Origin: Nemertoderma westbladi | Taxonomy: Eukaryota > Animalia > Xenacoelomorpha | Direction: 5' to 3' | DNA length: 34,250 nt | Assembly: GCA_032718475.1 (NCBI GenBank) | Contig: JAUCBJ010002283.1 | Span: forward strand, 1-34,250 | Shown: positions 13,100 to 23,540 of the stretch, piece by piece | Layout: the number at the start of each line of letters is the position of its first letter | Numbering within the stretch: position 1 is the stretch's first letter | Position numbers and translations under genes: made by a program | Notes under the pieces: model-generated | The model's database searches: none | Seen by the model: only the letters and a program-made list of their open reading frames with translations | What the model was told of the DNA's origin: nothing

Positions 13100-13505
13100 T
13101 TAAGTATAAAAACAGAGTTATGACTTATACTAATCACAACTAGATGGCTACTGAGTTTCGTAAATAGCGCATTCTTTAGGAGATGCTTTATTATCTGTCA
13201 CACTACTTCACATGACTTCACACTACTTCACACTACTGCACACTGATCTGCCGACCGTCACTGAATTTGATCATATATAAGGAAGATCGCAACTGGCACT
13301 TGTAGGGATTATGAAATAGCATTTAATTCATACAAAAACCACTATAATTTAAGTCGCAGTTGCTACTGGTAACCTGTTCCTCTCACCTTCAGTAATCAAG
13401 AAGATTGGGGGTTTTATAACTATTCATCGGTATTATCCAAATATATCCGCAATATATATCCATATAACAACAATTAATAACAGAAGTAAAATAATGCGGT
13501 GAACA
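13100..13505 (-). promoter_or_regulatory. LTR-like promoter/polyA module upstream of element A (boundaries approximate)
   Basis: On the minus strand: TATATA (13279-13274), TCAGT initiator-like motif at 13246, 10-bp repeats (gtgaagtagt) and AATAAA (13192-13187), which is the U3-R-U5 order. Confidence 0.4.
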
Positions 13506-13867
13506 ATCAGTATGTGTTACATAAGTCAGTATGTATGCAGGTAATGTTTCCAGGTAGGTGATCGGATTGATAGTTGAGTTCCATGAGTCAGATAATAGGT
13601 TTACGTTCTTGTAATCAAAGCCATCAGATGTTTAGGCCAAAGTCTGAAACTTCCAAAATCAGAAGTACAGAAGATTTCCAAGCCGGTGCTCTGGCTCAGA
13701 AAGGTAAACAAAGACCGTAATGCATTGCGCGGTTTTCCATAGGCCCCTGTTCAACATAAAGTGAAAATCGCTCTGATTGGCTGAGCAGAACAAGGAGGTT
13801 CCACGTCTACAGGAAATCAGCTGACAGATTTCGTCATCTGTGCTCCAATCTTTTAGAGTATTATGCG

Positions 13868-13953
13868 CATTGCGCAAAAATGACTTGTTATGACCGCCAA
13901 AGCACCTACACTGCACATTGCGGGGAAAAATGACTTGTTATGTCCGCAAAAGC
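13868..13953. repeat. Tandem duplication of about 48 bp
   Basis: cattgcg..aaaaatgacttgttatg.ccgc.aaagc occurs twice. Confidence 0.8.
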
Positions 13954-13960
13954 TTTTACA

Positions 13961-14013
13961 GGAAAGGAGCAGGTTACAGTGGCACGTTATTTTAACCAAA
14001 ACAATAAACTAAA
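13961..14013 (+). repeat. Dispersed repeat unit; inverted copy at 28977-29029 and related to the 15120-15530 array
   Basis: ggaaaggagcaggttacagtggcacgttattttaaccaaaacaataaactaaa matches the reverse complement of 28977-29029 at 49/53 positions. Confidence 0.85.
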
Positions 14014-14959
14014 CACAATAGAACAGGTTAGAGGTTTATTTTTGAGAGAAATCAGCTGTTATTTGCATCGAATTTCCCCTGGAGAGGGATTAATTTTTAT
14101 TGCGTCCAGCCCCCCCCATCTGTTAAAGTTTACAGAAAACAGTCTTAATTAATACCATGCATGTATGATAACCATGCATGAGAAGGTTAACTGACTGTCC
14201 AGAAATATAATACTGGAATAGGCCTATTATATTATTAATAACTCTTGGTAAAAATTTAAATACTAACTTATAATTAACCTTCCTATCTTTGTATTGTCGA
14301 TAATGCTTAAGTCCGCCCATGGAGGAGAGAGGAAATGCTTGCTGTTCGTGAGAGAATCCGTTGATGGTTGTTGTGTAACTTCATCTGATGCCGCAGGATT
14401 TAGTAGATTTGGGATTTGAGTATCCTGTGATTCACTGTTAGTGATCATGACTAATAATGCAGTACCGGTACTTGGTACCTAAATTCTATGTTGTTAACCA
14501 GTAAAGTTTTCTATTAAAATATATCAGAATAGTGATGAAATACTTGTACTTTGAATTTTATATATTCCATGCCCTACTAATCAGCTATTTGACTTTGAAG
14601 AATAATAATTTGCTGTATGTTTGATATCTAAACTTAAGAGTTAATAACTGGTTATACTTACACAGTAAAATTCGCTGGCATTCATAATTGTCACTAAGAG
14701 GATGGCCGCCCATGATTGGCTGATGCTATTAATATCAGCTTGGATAGGATTAACAAATCAATTAGCACCTTCCTGTGCGCTCTTTCCCCTCCCCCAATGT
14801 CACCCCAACTATGCAATGACAAGGCGTAATTAAGTTGTTCGGTTATTGCGTTGATGCGGTTTGTGAACTGTGCTTCCCCAGCTAATAATTAGTCTGGTGT
14901 TCTACGTAATTCCATAAAAGGATTTTGGAGATTATGAAAACAATATAATTTTGGAATGC

Positions 14960-15530
14960 CAAGGTCATAGGGAGCTCGAAAACCAATGTTGGTATACGAA
15001 TGGGTTTGACGAATTTTTTTTTCTGTCTGTCTTTATCAATTTAAGTGTTCACAATAACCACTGCTCATGTGACATTCATATTTTGCATGGTGATGGTCCT
15101 AACTAGGTCCATAACATACTAAATAAAACAGGTTACATCGGCGATGCAGAAATTACTCCAATCATGGGAAATTATCAGGTTACTGTGGGGGTAGTTTCTA
15201 ACCAAAACAATAAACGAAACTTAATAAAACACGTCACATGTGCAATTCAGAAATTGCACCAATCCTGGGAATGGAATAAGTTACAGTGACAGGGTTTTCT
15301 AAACAAAACAATAAACAATACTCACTAACACATGATACATAGGTGATACAGAGTGATTTCAAATCATCGGAATATGCGCATACAGTACTTTCTGGGGAAA
15401 GAAATAAGGATAGGTTTCAATAAAGGGTGTTTTCTAACCAAAACAATACTCAATAAAACAGGTTATATCGTCGGTACAGAAATTTGACCAATCATGGGAA
15501 AGGAACATGTTACTGTGGTGGAATTTTAGA
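14960..15530 (+). mobile_element. Probable Helentron-associated (HINE/DINE-1-like) non-autonomous element with a core-repeat array of about 102 bp
   Basis: A tctgtctgtct microsatellite at about 15022 is followed by about 4 diverged units (aataaaacaggttacat..cagaaatt..ccaatcatgggaaa..gttactgtg..ttctaaccaaaacaata). Confidence 0.5.
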
Positions 15531-16301
15531 ACTATACATTAACATTACCATACAATACCATACATTTATTGTAATATCATAATAGTTATATTGAACATAT
15601 CGAGACAAAATCAAGCGAGTAAACTAGTAAAAATATCGCGTGCTGAAAAATATGGAGAGTAAAATAAGCTATACTAACTTCAAACGAAAAAAAACATTAG
15701 CTTGTTGTACTATACCATAGAAAATAAAATAAACCGTTATTTATTAAGAAAAATATCAATTTTCATAGCTATATTTTTTGTAAAACACTAGCTACTAACG
15801 AAAAAAATAGATATGTATGCTTGCTATAGTTTTTGTAAAAACACTACTGTAACAATAGTAAAATTGGCTACAATCAAAATGTAGGTTACCATCGATATCT
15901 TTTACTAACGATATTTTTCAACACTCAATATTTCTTCTCGCATTATTTTTCAAGTCTCAATATTTTTCACCAAAACCATAAATGAAACACGTTTGTGAAG
16001 CTTTCGCATAGCACGAGACTTAATTAATCTGAAAAGTTGTAATCCGAGTACTTGTTTAAATTTACAATATGCCACCATGAGACTGACTGTGACGGGATCC
16101 GAAAATCCCGATTTATCCTGGCTGGTTGTTTCGTTTACGCGTCCCCGCCGTGTGTAAAAGAGTTCGCTGTTGTTTATATATATGTATATAATATAATAGA
16201 TGTATGTACTGAGATAACACAGTTAAATGGACGTTGATGGTTTGTACTGCACAGATACAGACAGATATAATGGGTGATGGTGGCGGCGACGGTAACAAAA
16301 G

Positions 16302-17680
16302 TCACCATTCTGCCCTAACTGTACTGAGATGTAAAACTAACGTCGCGTCAGTCCAATAAAATATCTGTAAACTTGACTGTAGTTCAGTCTGTATGAGGTT
16401 TACAATGGTAGTTGACAGAGTTGCTGCTTGTAGTTCAGCGCGTGGTGTCGTCATATACTTAGTAGGCATGGTCTTAGCCTTAGAAGTAATGAGCGAAACA
16501 TCAAACTCGTCTGAACCTACTTGTCTGCACAAATACACTGTCACTCCAAAGCCGTTGTCACTGGCGTCGGAAAAACAATGTAATTCTAAGTTGTCAGGAA
16601 ATGTCATCTGTAATGGAAAATATACCCGGGGTATGGAATAGTCTTCTAATGAAGACAATTGCGCCTCCCAAGTTATCCATAAGTCTACTTGTTCTGATGA
16701 GATCGGTTTGTCCCATGTGAGTCCATCCTTCCAAATACTGCGCATGAATATTCTCGCTTGCAGTATTATTGGGCTGATGAAACCCAATGGATCGAACAAT
16801 CGACTCAATTTTGACAAGCAGGACCTCTTTGTCAGAGTGTTTCCTTGAGTGTCCAGTCTCACCTTCACTCGAAAGTTGTCCGTGTTTGGGTCCCAAAAGA
16901 ACCTCAACACCTTTGTCGTCGGTAGTGGTTCGAACTCCAGGTCAATGTCACCACCTCCACGCTCAGTCATTCCGAATGAATCTACTAATTCGGCACTGTT
17001 TGAGGCAAACTTGGTGAGGTTAAAACCTCCGCCCGCTAAGCAGTCCCGTAATTGATGTGCTACTGTGATAGCACGTTCTACTGTGTCACAACTTTGTAAC
17101 CCATCGTCTACGTAAAAGTCTTGTTCTACGATCCGAACTTCCTCTGGGTCATATATATGTTTCTGATCCCTAGCGGTTTGCTTTAGGGCATACATAGTAC
17201 AATTTGGGCTGTCTCTGGCACCGAAAACGCGAACTTGCATTTGGTAAGTCGCCAGTGGTAGACTTAAGTCTCCTTCCGGGTACCAGAGGAACCTCAAACT
17301 GTCTCTGTCTCGCTCTAACGCTCGCACTTGGTGAAACATAGCTTCGACGTCACAAGTAAAGGCTACTTGACGCTGACGGAAGCGCATAATCACCCCCATG
17401 AGATAATTATTCATGTTTGGTCCGTCCATCAACTCACTATTGAGGGACATTCCCTCAAACAGAGCCGCGCAGTCATTTACTATGCGTACTTTGTCTGGTT
17501 TATCGGGGTGTCTCACGTAGTGATGTGGCAAATAGTATGTCTGGTCTGTCACAATCTCTGGGTTAGTCATTCTGATAGCGTATCCCTTCGTTAAATACGT
17601 CTCCATCTGGGTATTATACTGCAGATGGGCTTTCTCGTCCTTCAATAAACGTTGTCGTATTGAGTTTAGACGTCTTAAAG
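16302..17680 (-). pseudogene. Element B RT and RNase H
   Basis: YYLPHH, KVRIVNDCAA, DVEAMFHQV, FGARDSP, FYVDD, LFDPLG, LHCFSDAS. Confidence 0.95.
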
Positions 17681-20600
17681 CTAGCGGATAATTGTTTGTC
17701 TGATAGTTTCTGTTAATCTGATAGTTTTCTCCGTTAATTCTTTGTCTAGTGCAGCTTGTTCCACCTGACAGTGTCTTAAGGTTTCGTCTTCTACGGGCGT
17801 TGTTGAGGTCATTGGTTGAGGTAGACTCTCAAGCCTTCCGGCGTCATCATCTATCGTTGATGGAACCTCTGTCTGACTCCGCTCCTTCTCAAGTTCTACG
17901 CTCCGCTGGTGGATTTGCTGCTCCTTGTGACTTATCATACTCACTACACATGTCGTACTTGTGTCCTTGTTGTGTTTTGTCACTTGTGTAGTATGGTCTT
18001 TGTCATGTGAAAAGGAATGAATTGAAGTTGTAGTTAATAAACTACATGTACTTTGTACATCATCCTCTTCGTCACTTATATCTAGTGTGCGCACAGGCGC
18101 TCGAGTAAACCAACCTATCGGCATTCTTCAGGCGTATGCATTTCCTGCTACGACTACCGATGGTCTGGTTTCCCACACTTGATGTAAATTGAATTGATCT
18201 GTCCCGATCAGCATTGCTACCGATCTATAATTGACAGGACATTCAGGTACACCAAGGTGTCTGAAATACTTACGATCCTCTAAGGATTGTTCCGGCACTG
18301 GACCCAGTAGGTTACTAAAGTCCTTGGTGGCCGCAAAAGTCAAATCCTTAAAGGGTAACAAAGACCTCTCCTTTTCGCTGTGTTGCGATTTCGGAAGAAG
18401 AGTGTCTAAGTTTAACTTAACTCGTGTCACTGGTATTGCACGTTGTCCATGCATACTACTTATGGTGTAACTGACGTTCTTACCTTGTCGGAGATCCGTC
18501 ACGACATCAGCTACCTTCTCATCCACATAGCTGTGAGATGAGGCTGAATCCAGGATAGCGTAGATCCTTTTGCTCCCTTTGGTGCCAGTAATCTTAATAG
18601 GAATTACGCTGAAACCTTTTAGTTGATCAGTCGTCAGAAGCGCGATCGATGGTTGTTCGTCTCCGACTGAGTATGCGTCGTCGTCCTCGGTTTCTTCGTC
18701 AGAAGACCCGGACTGCTCCGGAAAACAATCCCGAATATGCGTCACAAAAGTTGGAGTCATTCTCGATTCACGATTCTTGTAGGCTGTATTACATTTCGCT
18801 GCTGCTTCCGGGTGTTCCCTAGTGAAGCGTTTGGTCGGCGTATGGCTGTCTGTATGGAGTAAGCCGTCGTGGTTGCGTCCACAGGAAGGACATGTGTCGG
18901 TATTTGGGCAGTCCTTACGGACGTGTCCGTGTTGCGTACACCGCCAACAAGAGTCCAATGGCCGTATCTGCAGCCATCGTTCTTCCGAGTTTAACTCGCG
19001 AAATAACCGACAACCTCTTAACTTATGAGTGGTGTGCCGCTTGCCTAGCTGCTCGCAGTATTGGCAACCGCTAAAGACTGTGCTCAGTTGCTGTCTGGTC
19101 TGTTTTATCCCAATAGGTGCGGATACTCTATTACCGTCCGAAAATTGTCGAGTTTCCGTCGGTGTAGCGTAAGTGGTGGATGTTGTCTGGGGTTTCTGTT
19201 GGTTCGAGGATGGTAAGGTTATTCCCTCCGCTACGATATGTTGGTCAGTATAGTTGGATCGCGTCTCTACCACCGCTTCCTTGGATATTAAAAGGTATAT
19301 ATCTTCCAGTTTTAAGAATCCACCCCTTTCTTCGTGCTGGAATTCGATCTTCCTCCATTCCCGACGAAGTCGATGGTGGAGTCTCCCTATGATCTTTAAT
19401 AGGACTGTAGGAGTGTTCGCGTAGTCAAGTTGTCCAATTGAGCGTAGTGTAGTAATGGCGTTCTTAATCTCGTCAGCTAATTTCAGTAAGTCAACGGGTT
19501 TTGTAATAGCCCCCCCCCCCCCCCCCCCCTTACAGAGTTCTTCTATCACTGACTTGGCCATACTGACTGTACCTCCGTGAATCGAAGTTAAGCGATCGTA
19601 CGCTAGTTCGAAGGCGTCTGGTATTCACACAGCGATCTGGGATTCAATGTAGTCCACGAACGTGTGCCAATGTTTGGAGCTACCGGAAAACTTAGGTGGT
19701 TGTTGCACCGGTAGTCCTTGTCTAGCTGCGAATTTCGCTATTTCCTCGGCAACATTCAAAGTTTCGCGTCCTTGTTGGGCAATCGAGTTGATGTTTTCTC
19801 TTCTTGGCGCTCTTCTTTGTTACAAGGTGTTTCCTGAGGGTTGCTTTCTTTGCTGCTTCGGGTGTCTAGAGTGTTCAAATTCGATGTTTCGCGAACTATC
19901 AGTTTGAGTTTCTTCTAAACGTTCCTCTATCTGGGCCAACTTGTCTACAACTGGTCGCATTAGATCGGCGAATTGTTGCGTGCTAATCGCGTCCGTTGGT
20001 TGTGATGCTTTCTGTGTTGGTGTATTTTGTGGAGGATTGTCGATAAAGGAATTATCTGAACGCTCACGTTTACATTCGTCAGCCCCTCCTGTTCTAAATA
20101 CCTCGCGTTCCGGGTAATCCGATTCACTCGAAGTACTACTATCACCTGGATACGGTGGCTGACGTGTTCGTGTCCATTGCGTCGTTCGAATTCTAACATT
20201 CCATTTCGGAACATCGTTCGCTGGTCTCCGTTGTTCGGTAGGCTCACGAGTCTTCCTCGAAGTCGTAGATTGCGATGTAAACTGGTTAAACGGTCGCGTT
20301 TCCACTGGTCTCTGTTGTTCGGTAGGCTCACAAGTCTTCCTCGAAGTCGTAGATTGCGATGTAAACTGAAACGGTGGTCGAGTGACAGCATTTGAATCAA
20401 CTGGCCGTGTAGGTTTAAACGTCCTTGGGTACGTGTAGTGCGTAACGGGTTTCGGTGTCGAAGGTGGACTCACCTGTTTAGTTGTCAGTAGTGCAGGTCC
20501 AGTCAATAAACTACTACGATCGGTAAACGGTGGGTTACTTACCTTGACTTTCAGAATAGGCGATGACGTTGCTCTTGGCGGTATGAACTTGTCCGGAATA

Positions 20601-22076
20601 ACAAACCTGTGTTCCGTCGCACCATATAATATATTACTACTACCCGCAATCGAAACAGGTTCCTTAGTCGTAATTGGTGCAAACATAGGAGTTACTTGTG
20701 GGAATCTTTGACATAAGTCTTTAACTAATTGTCGTTCTCGCCCAGGTGCTCCTACACTTCCTTCCTTCATTCGTTCCTGAATTTGGCGGTGCCTTACCTC
20801 TATCTGGTCCAAATCGTGTCCGTCTCGAGATCTCATCGATCGATCGCGGGCTTTAAGATCCAGATCTTCCTTGGCATTTGCTAATTCTCTCGCCTTCCTT
20901 TCAAGTTCGAAATGAAGTTTAGCTTCCTTTTCTCGTTGTTCCGTCTGTTGTTGTTGTGCCTCGAACTTCGCTTGTCGTATAGCTGACTGAGCCTTTATCT
21001 GTTGTTTCCTCAACTCGGCTCGAGCTTCCGAAACTCGCTTTTGTTCTTCCAACAGATAATTCTTCCAACTCAGCTGTTGCTGCTCGTTGCGCTAACTCAG
21101 CTGCCGCTGTTCGCTGTGCTATTTCTAGCTCTAACCTTTCCATCTCAGCTGCTTCTAGTTCTGCTGCTTCTTGCAGATGAGAGATTCTCGCAACATTTGC
21201 GACGCGTAGTTTCTCTTCCTCTACAGCTGCTTGTACCGTCAGTAGTTGAGTTTGTTCCTCAATTTCAAGCTGTCTGTAGAACTGTTGCTGTTGTTGAGAA
21301 ATTTCTGACGTGACAATACTCACCTCGCCAATTTCGCTGCAAATACTCACCAGTGATTGATCTAGTATTCCCGGTGCCAGTTCGATTTGTGCGAGTGAAG
21401 TTTCCCTCGTAGCCTCCGGCACGGTTTCCCAATCTCCGACGTCTTCGCCGCACATACGTAAGTGATCCGTCAGATGTTTCAATTGTCCATCCAGCCTATA
21501 CATTTCCTGTTCTTCCTCGGGTTGCAATAATTCGTCCGAAACTGACTCACCTAACAACTGGTCCACTTGTTCCTGTTGTATGTGTCTAATGGTCGACTTA
21601 AACTGAATCAGTTTCTCCCTGGCGATCATTAATTTCTCGAGGATTCGAAATTGCGTGTCCGCATCCTGTCTTTGTCTAGCTAAATCTTGTAGACTGATTA
21701 GGTTATCTACGGACTTATGTACTCTACTTTGTACTCTCACCTGTAGAGTGTAGAACTCGAATCGGGACATCGGAGCGGTCAACTCGTCTAATATGCGTTG
21801 GCCTTCTCCAATACTCCTGGTAATGTGCGCCATGTATCCACCGACGCTTCTAACAACGCTTTCCTGGCTTCCTACTGAACTTACCATGTCCGTTTCCCTG
21901 TATCTAGGTTGCGGAACAGTTAGAAAGTCCTCGGTCCTGCCGTCGCCTCGTACTACGGCATCCGGTACTCCCGTTGGATGTACTGGTGACGCACACGGCG
22001 TAGGTTCGGTAGGCTCACGAGTCTTCCCCTGTGGTTCTTCCGCTGCTGACCTATCCGCGTCACATGAGTCATACAA
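17681..22076 (-). pseudogene. Element B gag and protease
   Basis: One frameshift near 21055, then a single frame 21052->17681 with in-frame stops at 19820 (TAA), 19625 (TGA) and 18128 (TGA). Confidence 0.9.
20221..20368 (-). repeat. Tandem duplication with an 84-bp (28-aa) period in element B gag
   Basis: QFTSQSTTSRKT(C/R)EPTEQ(Q/R)RP occurs twice; a 24-bp exact third copy lies at 22004-22027. Confidence 0.9.
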
Positions 22077-22904
22077 GGTAATATAGAATCCAAAATATGT
22101 GGTTCGGGTTGATTGCGAAATACGTATGGGTTTTTGCTACATTGACTCGAGTATATAAAAAGTGCTTCAATGCGTAATTTTTTGTCAATTGCGCAATGAG
22201 ATATATTTTTATTTATTTTAGTTTAAATACCACGATATAACGATTGAATAAAAAAAAACCTTGATCCCAAAATTAAAATGATTATATAAATTTCCGTTGC
22301 GCTGAATACGGTAACTACTGTATGTATTATTAGACCAGTGATGCATAAACTTTAGTCAATCGATTCATTGGACTATCGATTTAACCTGTGGAGAAAACTT
22401 CACCAACATTTATTTACCTTGTTAAGTTAATATGTAAAATCCATGCTGCTTAGGAAAAATACATGAAATTGAAAGTTATCCACATAATTAATTTATGACT
22501 TTTTTTCTGATACTTTATAATATTAGAAGATAGTGATGTTCAGAACAATTGATCCCCTCTGTTTGCCTAGATTGACTGAACTAATAATATGTGTAGTATT
22601 CGAAAAAAAGTTCAAAATTTGTTTATGTTTTCTTTAAATTGTTCCAGAACATTAATCATGTAATGTAATAATGTAATGTAATAAACATGTAATTCTAACA
22701 TACAGTATTCTTGACTATTTTCTAACTACAGATAACAAATTCTTGCTATAAGAACATCGATTACGAGATGTATGCAAAGCAACTCATGTAACAGTTGTAC
22801 AAAAACAGCTGTTATTCAAGTTCGAGAATCAACAAAAAATTATCTGTCATTGCCTTTTTTTTGGCTCTTTTGCCTAGATCGACTAAATTAAGTTTGTTGT
22901 TTAG

Positions 22905-23150
22905 GAAACAGTATCACAGTTGGAAGTACCACAGTTGTAACAGAAGTGCCCTACGATTGGAGGTTCTGGGGGTCGTTGTGCTACGTTACTACGGTCGTCT
23001 CTACCATTGGTTACGGTCGCATATCGCCTACTACCGTTGTGGGTCAGCAACTTCTATTGCCCTTCGCCTTGGTCGGGATCCCGTTGTACGGATGGTTTCT
23101 CGCAGAAATTGCTTCATTTCATACGACATTCCGATTGCTTCTTTTTAAGT
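22905..23150 (+). CDS. Two-pore-domain K+ channel (K2P/KCNK family), exon with pore loop 1 and TM2
   Basis: tttag| acceptor; W-F--SL-Y--TVVSTIGYGRISPTT--G..FALVGIPL; |gtaagt donor; phase 1 at both ends. Confidence 0.9.
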
Positions 23151-23194
23151 GTAAGTTTATTGATAAACAAAATCTAAATCGTTGTGGGGCGAGC

Positions 23195-23484
23195 CACGAA
23201 GTGAGCGAAGCCTTAGCATATGGGGCCATTGGCGAGTTGTCTATTGTCGTCGTCGTCTGTCGTAAATTTTTGATCGCTAATAACTCGGTTATTCCTTGAT
23301 GAAATTAAACGAAACTTGGTAAGTATGAGTCCGTCAACAGTTTAGAAAGAATCTGAAGTTCCCTCAAAAACGTACGAACGCAACGAGGCACAAGAGGAGG
23401 ACGAGTATTGTGTTGAAGACTTCTGACTAACGGCAGACAACTCGTTAATGGTACCCATATGCTAAAGGCTTTGCTCACTTCGTG
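23195..23484. mobile_element. Element of about 290 bp bounded by inverted repeats of about 48 bp (MITE or HINE-like), intronic
   Basis: cacgaagtgagcgaagccttagcatatggggccattggcgagttgtct (23195-23242) pairs with 23435-23484; internal (gtc)n microsatellite. Confidence 0.7.
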
Positions 23485-23540
23485 CTGCGCGAAGACCCTA
23501 CGAACGTGTAACTAGTATGTTTACTACACGACGAAAACTA

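Larger units (their letters stand above)
16302..22076 (-). mobile_element. Bel/Pao LTR retrotransposon B, decayed, truncated within RNase H (no integrase, no paired LTRs)
   Basis: Coiled-coil gag; PPKFSGSSKHWHTF; CQYC..H..C, CWRCTQHGHVRKDC and CPSCGRNHDGLLH knuckles; AILDSASSHSYV protease; RT with FYVDD; LHCFSDAS..PRAELQAA..FYWTDATLVL, after which homology ends. Confidence 0.95.

Noticed and set aside
13198-13245. cacactactt 10-bp repeats, and the other arrays, as CRISPR-like
   Set aside because: No unique spacers and a eukaryotic context; these are simple tandem repeats.
842-19627. Alternative genetic code or programmed TGA readthrough
   Set aside because: The same elements also have TAA stops, frameshifts and deletions; ordinary decay explains it.
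22795-23148. 117-aa plus-strand ORF overlapping the K2P exon
   Set aside because: Wrong frame; the TIGYG frame is the coding one.
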